Assembly: GCA_030704615.1 (NCBI GenBank)
Contig: CM060731.1
Coordinates: forward strand, 6,510,001-6,574,000
Direction of reading: 5' to 3'
Length of the DNA stretch: 64,000 bases
Source: Takakia lepidozioides
Lineage: Eukaryota > Plantae > Bryophyta
This document shows, in pieces, positions 25,221 through 38,489 of this stretch (positions within the stretch are counted from its first letter, which is position 1; the number at the start of each line of letters is the position of its first letter). The notes below the pieces were generated by a model. It saw only the letters and a program-made list of their open reading frames with translations. It did not search any database and was not told the DNA's origin. The translations under genes and the position numbers were made by a program.

Positions 25221-25586
25221 CTTTGGAAGACCACAACACTGTGGAAGTCGACACCGATTTGCAGATGCAGGACAACCCCCGAACCTACCTCAGCATCCAA
25301 ACCTACCTCCAATATCTTGTGATCCGGGGACATCTTGGATATTTTAATTGTCAAAAATGCAGAAATGCATCCACAGTGGGACTGGAATTAGGAAATATTC
25401 CCTGGTATATGCTCTGCTCATGTTTAATTTTGCATCTGCTCATGCTTAAATGTGCTCATTGCTCATAGAAAATACAGACCCACTTAGAGTTGGAAAAAAT
25501 CCAAAATCCGACGAATGGTACTTGCCAAGTATTCGGCTCTTCGTTCTTGACTCAAATGATTTATAGGTCCCTACAACCATCGATAG

Positions 25587-26015
25587 TGTCCAACACCTTG
25601 AACTTGGGACAACGCAGTGATTTGAGCATTCTGATTCTCAAAGCTGCCTTCAAACATGATTTCGTTGCCCTCTGCGTCCGAAACCTCAACCTCCAACAGA
25701 ATTATCAGACTTCGAGTAGGCTCCAATTGTCGTCATATGGGGTCCAGACGAGGAAGTACGCGTCGCATTGGTGACCCATCGTCTCGAGAGCGTCGGCGTG
25801 ATGTTGAAGGTCGTGAGAGTCGGAACGGCTGATCTGATAGTTGGGTAAGCGACAACTCCAATGTATCTGGTTCTTGTAACTCCATTCTGCCAATACAAGA
25901 TGCAAGAGTGCTGGAAGTGTAGCTATATATACTGATGTGTAGTGCTCCTCTCTCCTTAGTGTGTATCAGGTACATTGAATGTGGAGTCTTCACCTTGAAG
26001 CTAACTTGGTTGACA
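25587..26015 (-). mobile_element. Probable 3' LTR of chromovirus Gypsy B
   Basis: TGTCCAAC...GGTTGACA ends. TATATA box on minus at ~25925. Begins 16 bp after the pol stop. The PPT is degenerate. Confidence 0.55.
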
Positions 26016-26031
26016 TCATCATTGTGACGTC

Positions 26032-27515
26032 TTATTGACGTGTAGCTCGGGGCTTAGCTGGATATCGTTGATGAAACTCTTGGACTTTGTCAGATGCATT
26101 GGCGAGGTAGGATGAAGGTTCCCACGTTCGTTCACTGATGTCGTAGCCTTTCCAATGTACAAAATACTCAAGACATTTATACTTGATGCGAAAGTCTAAG
26201 ACTTCGTCTACTTCATACTCAATTTCCTGATTGACTTCGATTGGTGGAGGTGGTACGGAGACTCTCCCTGGAATATTCAATGGATGATACCAACTCTAAT
26301 AATGAAACATGAAAGACTGGATAGATGCGCATACTTCATGGGAGTTCAAGCCGAAAACTGACCGGATTTATTTGTCGAATAATTTTGAATGGTCCCAGGC
26401 GTTGATAATCCAACTTCCTTGATGGTCGCAAGGTTTGTATGTCCCGTCGAAAAAGCCACACACGATCTCCAACCTTGAACTGGGGTTGAAGTTGGCGACG
26501 TTGATCTGCATAGTCCTTGTATTGTTTTTGAGCTGTTGCGAGGTGGAATGTAAGCTCCTTGTTAATCATAGCAAGATAAGTAGCAAGGTTTTCTGCAGCA
26601 AGGTTTCCAACAGTCTTCATGTGGAAAGGGTTTGCCCGAGGATGATGACCATAATTGGAAAAAAATGGAGTTTGCTTGGTCGAAGAATGTATAGTGTTGT
26701 TGTAGGCAAACTCAGCCAATGACAGAAGGTCCGTCGAATTATCTTGGTGATAATTTATCGTACAGCGAAGATATTGTTCCAAAATCTGGTTTACACGTTC
26801 GGTTTGACCATTAGTCTGTGGATGATTAGTTGTAGAGAGGTTGATCTTAGTATCCAATATGTGAAATAATCCCCTCCAGAAATTTGATATGAACTGTGGT
26901 CATCGATCAGATACGATGTCCTTCGGGAGTCCATGAATGCGGTAGATATTATTGAGGAAGAGTCTTGCAGTTTCCTCGCCGGTAACCGTCTTATTACATG
27001 GAATGAAATGTGTCATCTTCGTAAAACGATCTACAATAACAAGGATTGAATCGGTGGTCTTGGAAATTGGAAGGTCCGTAATAAAGTCCATAGACACGGA
27101 TGACCATGGACCCTTGGGAATGGGTAATGGTTGAAGAAGGCCGTAAGGTCGACGTCGTGGTCCCTTCGCTCTAGCACACGTGTCGCAAGATTTTATAAAT
27201 TCTTTTACGAGTTTCCACATCTGTAGCCACCAATAGTCCATGGATAAGAATTCCATTGTTTTGTTGAAACCGAAATGTCCTGCAGCCGGAAGATCATGAC
27301 ATATTTGAAGAATTCGAAGTTGTATAGGTCCTGGAGGTACATAGAGAAGTCTCTTGAAATAAAATAAAATCATCTGTGAATTCGAAGTCGTTTGTAACAT
27401 GTGGGTTGTCTCGAGCTCGATTTAGTTGACTTCGTAGTGTCGTGGCAAATTGGTTGCTCTTCAGTGCTTCCTGGATCTCTTTTATGATCTCTACATCGTC
27501 ATAGGTCCCGGTTAT
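26032..27515 (-). pseudogene. Chromovirus Ty3/Gypsy pol fragment: integrase + chromodomain
   Basis: HHCC (CHDLPAAGHFG...CDTC), SMDFITDLP, IVSDR, GQTERVNQ, GPF motif and chromodomain YEVDEVLD...YFVHWKGY...TWEP. Broken by stops and frameshifts; truncated at ~27515. Confidence 0.92.
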
Positions 27516-27699
27516 CAGCGTCACGTCCGTCAGTCAGCGTTAGGTCACGTCAGACCTGACGCTGACGGGACCTCCGTCACGTCAGGTTCGGAGAATATTC
27601 TGGTAAAAATAGTACCAGGTAAAATATTGTCACTTAGGCAGCCACGTCGCCGACACAGTAGCGGTGACAAATACATTTTGAAAATTAACAAAATGAACA

Positions 27700-28840
27700 C
27701 GACCGCCGATTCGCTTTGTTTTTCGAAATTAAAAAAGAAATAGCGACCGCCGTATTGGCGGTCGCTTCAATTTTTATTTTTTTAAAGCAAGATTGGCGGT
27801 CGCACTGGCAGTCGCCTTATTTTTTGAAATAGAAAAAGAAATAGCGACCGCCATATTGGCGGTCGCTTCAAATGTTTAAAAAAAAAAAGCAAGATTGGCG
27901 GTCGTATTGGCGGTCGCCTAATTTAAAAAAGAAAACAAGCGACTACCGTATTGGCGGTCGCACGGTGGCAAATACATTTTTGAAAATTAACAAAACGAAC
28001 GCGACCGCCAATTATGGCGGTCGCTTTGTTTTTCGAAATTAAAAAAGAAATAGCGACCGCCGTATTGGCAGTCGCTTCAATTTTTTTTTTCTTAAAGCAA
28101 GATTGGCGGTCGCACTGGCGTACGCTTTGTTTTTCGAAATAGAAAAAGAAATAGCGACCGCCATATTGGCGGTCGCTTCAAATTTGTTTTAAAAAAAAGC
28201 AAGATTGGCGGTCGCACTGGCGGTCGCTTTATTTTTTGAATTAAAAAAAGAAATAGCGACTGCTATCTTGGCGGTCGCTTCAATTTATTTTAAAAAAAAA
28301 CAAGATTGGCGGTCACATTGGCGGTCGCCTAATTTAAAAAAGAAAACAAGCGACTGCCGTATTGGCGGTCACACAATTTTGTAAATATGTACAGAACAAG
28401 CGACCGCCATATGGCGGTTGAATAATTTCAAAAATATTAAAAAAAAAACAGCGACCGCCATTGAGCGGTCGCTTAATTTAAAAATTATATAGAAAAACAA
28501 ACGACCGCCATAAAATGTAAAGATTAAAAGCGACCGCCTTACTGGCGGTCGCGTTTTTTTTCAAAATATTAAAAATAAAAACGACCACCATATTTGCGGT
28601 CGCATTATTTTAAATATATTAACAAATGAATCGACCGCCATACCGGCAGTCGCATTATATTTTGAAATAAAAAACAATAGCGACCGCCATACGGGCGGTC
28701 GTTTAAATTTAAAAATATACAAAATAGAAGTGACCGCATTATTGCACAAAATGAAAGGAAATAAAAACGACTGCAGTAGTGGCAGTCGTTTGTTTTTTAT
28801 AAAAAATGAAAATACGGACCGTAGTATTAGCAGTCGCTTA
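27700..28840. repeat. hAT subterminal array of GCGACCGCC-N4-5-GGCGGTCGC palindromes in A/T-tract spacers
   Basis: Dozens of copies with ~60-bp and ~300-bp higher-order duplication, lying upstream of the hAT transposase. Confidence 0.85.
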
Positions 28841-29279
28841 ATTTCAAAATTACAACAAATATGGTTGTACAGCCTTTTTTGGGTGAGCGCTATTGGTTCA
28901 TTATTTATTCATTTCACTTTCATTTCACTTTCATCCATCTTGGATAATATATAAGGGAGGAGGGTGACCAAGCTCCTCACTTCTTTTGGCGCAAACACTT
29001 GAGGTTGCTTTGGATGTTCTCTTCCATTGAACAAGAGTGTAGCCCAAGAGGAGGGTGCGCACTTTTTGCCGTTGTGTCTTTCACCAAAGCCACTTCAGCA
29101 GATTGTGTATAAGCTCAACACTACAACCCACATCGACTCACTTGGGTTGCTGACAGGTGTAGAAGTGTTGGGCTATCGCATTGTACTCTACATTCACAAC
29201 ACTTTCATTTATAGGTGACTGTTTTTTGTTGCTTGCATTGCTAGGTCCCAGGGGAGTGGATATTGGGTGAAGATGATGG

Positions 29280-32268
29280 AGGAATGAAGCCCTTGGTTTA
29301 CGGCAATCCCGAACACTGTCAGTGTCACTGGTAATGTTGAGTGCAACCTATGTGGATTAAAGCTTTCTTATCGTAAGGATCGGTTGCTCGCTCACCTCGG
29401 CTATAAAAGGTGTGAAGAGCGTTGGGGTGGGTTTATGCCCCAAAGCATCTATGCTAGTAAAAAGCCACTTTGCCCAGTGTGGAGGCAATATTCCAATGTT
29501 TTTGGATTTGGACATGACCTCTGAGCAGAACACTCCATCTTCCCGTCAGGATGCCCTGATTAGTACCCAGGGCAACTTTTGTGAGGCTTCGGATGTCCTT
29601 GGACGAGTGGGTTGTGTCGGAGCAACACATACTTCAACACCTCTTTGTACCCCTACACTTCAACGGAGTAGAGGATTACGGCAACAATCCATGCAAAAAG
29701 GTCTTAACTTGTCTGCGAAAAGACAGTTGGATAAAAAATGGGCGTAGTTCTTGAGGCCAACATACCATTTAATGTGACAAGGCTTCCGGCATTTGTTTCT
29801 GCCGTTAGAGTAACCTTGGAGTCCAGATCCACATACGTGCCTCCGACTTATCACAATCTCCGCACATGATTGATATAAAACGTCATGACCGAACTTACCC
29901 AAAAGGTCAACGATAGGACGGGCGAGTGCATCAGAAAATATGGAAGCACTATATGTGCCGATGGTTGGAGTTCTGTCACAAATAGACCGTTGTTCAATGT
30001 CATGCTCGTATGTCCAGCTGAGGAACAATTCTTGGGATCGGTTGACACTAGCGGCGAGAAGAAAGATGGACGTTATCAATGCCAACTATTGACGGACTTC
30101 ATCGAACAGGTCGGAAATGATAGAATCGTGCAAATATGCACAGACAATGCCGCTAACATGAGAAACACTGCAGACATGTTGTTGACACATTATCCCCATA
30201 TGTACTATCAAGGTTGTGCTGCTCATATCTTTGACCTCCTTTTGGAAGATTGGGGAAAAGAACAGTGGATGAAACAACTTGTCAAGCGAACGAAGACTGT
30301 TGTGTCGTTCATCCGCACACACCACATCCCTTTGGCAATATATAGGAGGCACGAACCCAAATACAACCTCTGCAATCAAGGCGAAACTCGTTTTGCCACT
30401 AACTTCTTGATGGTGGATCGGTTGGTGACGGTGAAGAGCAGTCTGGAGCATACCATCATCAATCCTCAATGGGATGCGTACACACGGACATTGCGGGACT
30501 CCAGAAAAGCCAAGTCATTGGGCAAAAGTCGAAAAGTTCGGAATAGCATTCGCAGCAATGATTTCTGGAACAAATGTGAAAACTTTGTTTATATGGTAGA
30601 GCCGGTGTTAATCGTCTTGCGGGAGTTTGATGGAAAGCAACCAGTAATGGGCAAGGCATGGTTACTAATGCAAAATCTTGAGAAGCATGTCCAATCCTTG
30701 AGGCATCCTCCCTTTTCTTTGGAACCTGAACTTGCGGACAGTGCTGAGGATGCATTTTACGACCGTCGTTTGATGGTTTGAACGGACTTGCATTATGCGG
30801 GGGCTTTGCTCAATCCATTCTTGCTCGACAATACCATGCTCCGAGATGACACTGATGCCAAGGCCGGCCTCGTGCGAGTGCTCATGCGACTGGCTCCGCC
30901 GAACCATGCAGAGAGAGCTATATCCGAGTACCAATGCTTCTCAGATTGTCGCGTCCCTTTTGAGGACATGCCGGATCCAAAAGAGCTCAATATGCTGCCA
31001 CATGAATGGTGGGATCTGATTGGAGCTGGAGCAAGAACATTGGCTCCCATTGCGAAGTGTATTCTTGCTCAAGTGTGCTCTACCTCATCTTGCGAACGCA
31101 ATTGGAGCAGTTACTCATTTGTTCACAACAAGATTCGCAACAGGTTGAATCCTGCGAGGGCTGACAAATTGGTGTATGTGTATACCAATTGCCGACTACT
31201 ACGTGAGAGGGCAGCGGATGATGCTGCAGCATGGTATGAGAGAAATTTGCATTCCGAAGACTCTGCTTCTGAGGCTGATTCGATGAGTGACGATACTGAG
31301 CCTCAGAGAGAATCATCTCAGAGGGAATCATCTGCCTCCGATAGTGAAGATGGATCCGATGATGCTCCCGAAAATGCGTATGACCTGTTTACATTCACAG
31401 AGGATGATGCTTATATCCAGCCGACCTTTGATGACCTTCTTGAAGAAGTGCGTATCGCAGATGAAGGTGAAGCTGCAATTGTATCATCCCCAGAACATGG
31501 TCCTCAAAATGAAGTTGGGGTCGACCCTCGCCCCCACTACACGCTGAAGCCACCGGTAGTGCCCCAATGGAGCTTAGGGGTGTACTGCCAGGACCGATCG
31601 ACGTACGCAACCCTGTTCATACAAACAATGGTGTCGAACCCATTGTACAGTCGACGGGACGGGATCATGCCTCACCGATACGACCAGCTCCACCACAATG
31701 CCAAAACCGATCCAGCTCCTCATCAACACAGCGGGCATTAAGGAGCAACAGGGTTGATCTGTTTTCCACACGCATGCATCATTCTGCTGCATTGGACCGG
31801 GCGGAAGTTGATGCCTCGGATGATGACAACCTGCCACTACAATTCCACCTTAACCGACATGTTGCGCAGCAGACACGTGGTTCCTCACATGCCGGACCAT
31901 CTAATGTCGGTTCATCTCGGGCAGTCCCTCCTCCAGTACCTCCTTCGAAACCACCTTCGATTGCGTCCCAAGTCCATAAACGACAGATAACAGTCCAACC
32001 TTTTGTAGGCGATCGGCCCACAAACAGGCCAGATATCGTGGATGGTATTCAAGACCGGAGCGGGAGTCGACCTCAGAGAGAACTAAATGTGGTTCGAGGT
32101 CGCTTGCAGATTCAAAGGCCTGGACATATGAAGTCGGATAGGGAGGACGATTCCAGCACTGATCATGGCAAGGGTGGTGAAGTCGAGGGTGACCTGGATT
32201 TTCAACCCATCGGAGCATTAGGATTAGGATCTTCTTCGTCCCGCCGTCGAAGTAGTAAAAGGAATTGA
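29280..32268 (+). pseudogene. hAT transposase (BED finger, DUF659-like core, hAT dimerisation domain, long disordered tail)
   Basis: ECNLC...RLLAHLG...C at ~29340-29440; ICADGWS, VQICTDNAANM, CAAHIFDLLLED, ETRFATNF, EWW, SSCERNWS, RNRL...KLVYVY. Stops at ~29745 and 30779. No right end found. Confidence 0.9.
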
Positions 32269-32935
32269 AGCAAAATAGCTGTACCCCACTCAGTTTTGGG
32301 TGAATGTCCATACTAAAGTGCAACCCGGCATGCTAAAAGAGCCGAAAGCCAGCAGTTCTCTGAACAGTATCATGTGTGCACCATCCTCAATGTCCTTTTG
32401 TAGTCTGATTGCATGTCTGTTGCCATTTTTCGTACCCACGTTCTGTGATTTCATGCTTCCAGAAGTCGATGGATTTCCATTGTGATTTTTATGTCCAGAT
32501 ATCAATGTTGCTACGGTCCAGATGACAAGCGCGCCAACAATGCGATAGTAGAGGATCCCAAACTGAAACGTGGAGGACCTCTTGTGGGTGCTGGAACATC
32601 TCACCCTCATAAAGGCCCAAGGAGAAAGAAGTCGGAATATGGAGAGTCTTACAAGCGTGGTTGCCAGTGCTGTTTCAAGGTCCAGCAATGTTATCTCGCC
32701 CCCGACATTTGTGTCCTCACGTACTACAATAATATGGAGCATACAAAAGCGAAAGGGAACGTCTGTGATGGGAAGTCCGTTGAGTTCAGGAACACTCGCC
32801 ACGCCTATGTACCACACATTAGTGAGGAATTGAAAGCATGGGTCATGGAGTGTTTGTGCTGAGGCCTGTCAGTCACCCAAATCATGATGGAACATAAAGA
32901 GCACGTCATGAACAACACCGGGTTGGGGGATGCAT

Positions 32936-33661
32936 TGTCGCGGCCCTTTGCCTTGAGGGCAGGGGGTCGGGACACGAGAGGGGCTGCCCTTGTGGTGGGG
33001 GCAGTGGCAACAATAGATGCAGGGGCTGAAGCACCCTCGAGTGCCCAAAGGCACTCGAGGAGGCGGAGGCGCTCACTAGGTGGAGCCCCGCACACCGGGT
33101 TGCAGTGGGGGTGGTTCCACGAGGGGTGGTGGTAGCTTAGCGGGACTTAGTGGGGGTGGCATAGGACTCACCATGGGGCGGAGACCTTGTGGTGGGTGTC
33201 GTGGGGAGTCTTGGGACTCATCACGGTCCAATGGGGCCGTGGTGGGTGGGCCAAGACTCACCGCGACTCATCACCGGGAATCGAGGGTCTTCGTGGTGGT
33301 TCGCCATAAAAGGATGGTGTTGTTTGTGGAACCCCCGCGGACAGTCACAGAAGTATAAATAGGGAGTAGTAACCCCGAGAACGGTGCAAGCCCGTTGGTG
33401 ACCAAAAACTAGTGAGTAAGCGAGCGAGCCGGAAAGCGACCAAGGAGTGGGGAGCTATTCCGGACTGCCATCTACCAAAGGGAATTTCCACTAGGCCCAA
33501 ATTGGTGGAGGGTCTGTTGGGGGAAGAAAGGGGGACCGTTATGTCCTGGCGAGCAGCCGAAGCTCCGAGTTGGCCCGGCAGCCAAGTTGGGAGTTAGGCG
33601 CGCGCATCAAAGCGAGTAACTATGACTTGAAGGGGAGCTTACCGAAGTGAGGTGCGCGACA
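32936..33661. mobile_element. Solo LTR inserted in the MULE transposase
   Basis: TGTCGCG...CGCGACA ends with 5-bp TSD TGCAT (32931-35, 33662-66). Removing it restores the frame NNTGLGDAWTRDNFLLEQDVRNL. Confidence 0.92.
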
Positions 33662-34499
33662 TGCATGGACACGAGACAATTTTTTGCTGGAGCAGGATGT
33701 GCGCAACCTGGCCGAGAAACGGACGTGGAAAATGTTCAAAAAACATGCCAACGATGCGAAGAGTGTCCGTATGTGGAAAGACCAAAACCCGAAATCGGTC
33801 CTTTTCTCTCAAGAGGAGAAATTGGCGCCAACATTCAAGCACTACGATGGCGACTTAACATTCACAATCGGCATACAGACTAAGTGGCAGAAGAAGTGAA
33901 TGCTTTAATTAGGCCATGCCCGTATCGTTGCATGCGATGCAACCTTCGGGACAAATCACCACAAGGTACTCTTCATCCCTTTCACAATTTATCCACTTGC
34001 AGAAGTAGTGGATGTACGCACACTAGCAGCATCTGACATTCTGCATTTGAACAGTTCTCATTGTACACGTTGATGGTCTTCGACAAGTGGCTTAATGGTA
34101 TACCAGTTGCGTACATCATGTGCGCGTGAGCGAACAACAGACCTGGTGCCGTGGATGGCAGCCTTGCGGGACTCTCTCCTCGTAGAAATGCCGGACTGGC
34201 GACCCAATGCCTTCATTGTGGACGATGCCGACGCCGAAATAAACACCATTACGTAAGTTTCACGTACCCTCCTGTACACTCACGTGCAAGTCCGTCGCAT
34301 GCGTCCATTGTCTGTCTCTTCGGCAAGTCCCCTGCCATACAATGCAGTCCTGGCTGCAAGTCCAGCCCATTCATTTCTGCAAGTCTGCTGGCAAACCAGT
34401 CCGCTGATAATGTCCTCTAGCGAAGTCCGCTGGAAGACTCACTTGCGCAAGTATGCTGCAAGGTCAGTCTGCTCGGGTGTGCTGCCAGCAAAGTCTAGG

Positions 34500-34980
34500 T
34501 AAGTCTACTGCCGGTCTCCTAAGGGCAAGTCCGCTAGCAGGCCAGTCCGCCGGAGGGGACTATTTGCAAGCAGTCCACCGCAAGACTCACGTGCGCCAGT
34601 CTGCTGCGACCTCAGTCTGGTCCAGCAAGTCCGCTGGCAAGCAGGTTTGCCGGAGGGGACTGTTCGCAAGCAATCCACTGCAAGACTCACGTGCGCCAGT
34701 CTGCTGTGACCTCAGTCTGGTCTAGCAAGTCCGCTGGCAGGCAGATCCACCGGAGGGGACTGTTCGCAAGCAGACCGCTACAAGACTCACGTGCGCCAGT
34801 CTCCTGCGACCTTAGTCTGGTCGAGCAAGTCCGCTCGCAGGCGAGTCCGCCGGAGGGGACTGTTCACAAGCAGTCCGCTGCAAGACTCACGTGCGCCAGT
34901 CTGATGCGACCTCACTCTGGTCCGCTGGCAGGCGAGTCCGCCGGAGGGGACTGTTCGGAAGTCTGCTGGCAACCCAGTCC
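34500..34980. repeat. 100-bp tandem repeat in the MULE transposase intron
   Basis: GGAGGGGAC recurs at 34552, 34652, 34752, 34852 and 34943. Units are rich in AGTCCG/AGTCTG motifs. The array is also present at 52250-52560. Confidence 0.9.
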
Positions 34981-37107
34981 GCGCGGGATGCCCTCTGGCC
35001 AAGTCCGTTCCAAGACTTACTTACGTAAGTCCGCTGCGAGGTCAGCGTGGTCAGGTTTGCTGGCGGTGTTGTGAGGGCAACACTCATGGCAGGTCAGAGT
35101 GGGCGAGTCTGCTGCTTGAATCCATTTGGAACAGATGGGCAGACCAGTCAACCATACAGTCTACTGGGTTGGTGCCCAAGTCCACCGGCAAAGTCCTCTT
35201 TAAAGTCTCTCATGTGGGCATGTGTACTTTGCAGGGCTGTTTTTCGAGGAGTGCTCATTTTCCTGTGCCTTTGGCATGTCCGGCGGGCTTGGGTGAAGCA
35301 ATCATGCGCGAAAACCAAAGATCCTATCACTGCCACAAACTTGCTGAAAGATATGGGAGACCTCATGTACTGTAGAGGTGGACCAAGCAATCCCAAAGAA
35401 GGTCTTGCATGGGTAGCAACAACGCTCCGACGCATGAGAAAGAAATATCCGAATGGGCATGAATTTCTGGACTACATCGATAGGGAATGGCGTCCTAAAA
35501 TAGCAATGTGGTGTACAGCAGCTCGCCGTGTTCCGCATGCCAGTCAAGACACCAATGCTAGCATTGAGGCATACCATGGAAACTTGAAGGCAAGACTGAG
35601 GATGGGGAAAGGCAAAATGACTGAGCGTAGAGTGGATTGGCTCATATGGGAACTCACAGGCCATGTGCTAACACACTACTGGTATGCAATTCACCTGAAG
35701 ATGCACGGATTCATAAGGAATGACAAACATGAGAAGTACATGTCCAGTTCTGTGCTTGCGGCACGCGATATCCTAGCTTGCAATGTCACTCTTCCGTTCC
35801 ATCCTGGGCAACCAGCCTATGTTCTAAGCACCAATCACCCAAACACAATTTACATTGTTTATAACCCCGGATGCAAATGGGCTTCTTGCACTTGCCCATG
35901 GGCAATGAAGGGCAATTTGTGCAAGCATCAAGTCCGAGTCCTGAAGTTGCTTCATCCACACTTGCAGGATGGACTCATAGTGCGCGCTTGTGGCACGACG
36001 TTGGGAACCATTCATGGAGGATTGCATAATGTGTTTAGGGTTCATGCAAGTGGCGGCGACGAAGAGGGTTTGGGAAATGCAATAGAGGGCCCTTCCACAG
36101 ATGACTTCCCCTATGATGCGGAGCCTGTCCTCGTACCATCCTCCATGGATGAAGAATTTGCAGACATACTTCGCATTGTTGGGGACGACAAATACCTAGA
36201 GAAACATGTGTTGTTTTCTCTTCGTATCTGTAGGGGGCAGCTTGTTGATATTCTTGCCAAGAGTGCTGCAGGAATGTTGCACCCTGCGGCAGTAAAGAGC
36301 TTCCGTCCTGTAAATGACAACAACAATATGTCGCTGAAAAGGAAACGAGATTTCGTTGAGGCATGGAAAACGCGACCCAGGGTCTTACGCAAAACAGAGA
36401 AAAGGGTTGGTGCCCCAACACCTGCAGCAACATATACTCCACAATCCGGAGGGTCGCAGACCGTATACCAGTTATAAAGTAGAGTAGGAAATGTAGGAAA
36501 TGGTACAATATCATTCTCCCGATGAAATAAAATTTCGGCGATACGATTGCATGTGCACCAGACTTCCAACTTGTCTGCCAACCAACCTGATAAACCAATC
36601 GTCTGGCGTCTGAACCAGTATGCTCAACCAGTCTTCTACCGTCTAAACCAGTCTACTCAACCAGTCTTCTGGTGTCTGAACCAGTCTGCTGTACCAGGCT
36701 GGGACTCAGTCTTCGAATAGTCTGCTGTGCCAGCCTTCTCCTGAGCAGACCAGTCTCCTGGTTCTGAACGTGCCTGCACCTGGCTGACCAGTGAGCCTCA
36801 TGCCATCTGCCCATCAGACTGGCCATTCTCAGTACGGTGGACTCTCACTTACTCTGCTGACCAGACTTGGCAGACTACTGGCCAATGCCGTCCGCCTGTA
36901 CTCTACCACTCCGGTGACTCTCGACAGTCTGCTTACCAGTGCAGACTCATGGTTCCCAATCGCATCTGCCGGACTGGTCCCAACTCCTCAGTCTGTCGGA
37001 CTCTCGTCAGTTTGGCGACAATGCCCTCTGTCTGCTCACAAGCCTAGGCATACCCTCTTCCCGTACTGTGGCAGTCTGCTGACTCTCGGCTGTTTGCTGA
37101 CCAGTGG

Positions 37108-38255
37108 TGTAAGTAAATAAGAAAGGTCCTATGCCCATGCCAGTACTACCCATTAGTACTCCATCTATCCCAGACTGCAGCGGAAGAGAAAGCCTGGTCT
37201 AAATGGATTATTTGACTTCTTGTTTTGAAGTAACATGCTAACTGTCTTTCTTAACTATCATCCCAGGTAGGTGGTTGCATTCCTTTGATCCTTCCCCTTA
37301 CTTCTTCTGCCTTTGTGTTTGCATCCTTCATTGTTTGCATATGGCACTGCAGTGCTGCTTACTTCATACTTCAGGTGCGATCATGCTTTGCTTCAATGCT
37401 AACAACTCGATCTTACATGGTTATGCAGGCAATCTGGTGGACGATTTGCCCTCTACTTCCCGTGATCAACCTCTATTTCTAATCTTCCCGACATGTTAGC
37501 GGAATCGCTCAAGCTTCATTCTACGTGAATACAACTCGCATGCTAGATCCTATGCTCAATGATCCTTATCAGCCATTCTGATGCTAGCTAAACATGACCA
37601 TCGCCTCAATGTTAGTTGTTACATTCCTACTTCAAATCTAAAATGATTCACATGCCCCCACACTTCATCACAGTGAAGTCAGTCTTTACTTCAGAGCCGA
37701 AAACTAGAACAAAAGGAGAGAGATCACCATCCAGTCTCCACTACTCTTATACTTGGGCTGATCCCTAACTCCACCTTATCCCGCCGTCTCCTTCACGTGA
37801 TTATTTAATAGCAAGTCAACAATATTTAAGATCCTACAGCTTTTGGACATCAAGTATGGCGGCCACCGGGTCTTATCCCCCTCTGTGCCACAGGCCCATC
37901 AACTTCTAAAAACATATGATTCCCACGTGTTTTGTTTCTCAACCACTCTCTTAGCTGCATGCCACTTGCTAATATTTAAATATGACCACCCTGTTCCTAA
38001 ATTACTGCTGCATCTCCTTTATTTCCGCGATTTCATCCCATCAATGATAACTTGATCTCACATTTCATCCCTCTGCCAACCCGTCATTCATCTGGTACTC
38101 AATCCATGTTTGAATGAAAAATTGGCGATTTCATCCGCTTCTCCTTAATGAAAAATTGCGACTTCATTGCATCCTTGAGCCCCACAAACCCTACGTGCTT
38201 TGTCTGTTTCTTGCATGCCTTCCGTGTTTTGCTCATCACCTCCCTTCGACCTACA
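37108..38255. mobile_element. LTR-like insertion (probable solo LTR)
   Basis: TGTAAG...CCTACA ends with TSD GTGG (37104-07, 38256-59). The paralogous copy at ~54697 shows the empty site CCAGTGGACTCCC. Confidence 0.85.
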
Positions 38256-38489
38256 GTGGACTCCCTTGGTATGTTAAACAAAATGATTGTGTGTGCAGGG
38301 GTAAGTCCGCTTAACAACATGCAGTGAATTGGTCACAAGTCTACAACGACTACTCCACACTGCACTCATATGCGACCAATAGGATGTGTATGCAAAGTCA
38401 TATTTTATTTCGTTGCAAATGCTCAAAAGCATGCTTACATGACAAATGCGTCCTATGGTGCACCTCTAATCTCGGGCCCAGATGGATAT

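Larger units (their letters stand above)
1107..25481 (+). mobile_element. Element E1: degenerate, internally deleted MULE-like transposon with MTase cargo; contains E2
   Basis: Left end GGGGGTTGTTTTTTCATAAGC followed by CATGAGC repeats. Right end GCTCATAGAAAATACAGACCC with GCTCAT repeats. Flanks GCTTAGAG (1099-1106) and ACTTAGAG (25482-25489) form an 8-bp TSD with 1 mismatch. Internal genes are homologous to E2. Ends are uncertain by 1-2 bp. Confidence 0.8.
32482..36477 (+). pseudogene. MULE transposase with SWIM finger (second MULE family), copy 1
   Basis: KRGCQCCF (FAR1/WRKY-like), CDATFGTN, YTLMVFD...GIPVAY, FIVDDADAE, LCLWHVRRAW, DTNASIEAYH and SWIM CTC...CKH. Contains introns and stops, and is interrupted by a solo LTR. 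Confidence 0.88.
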
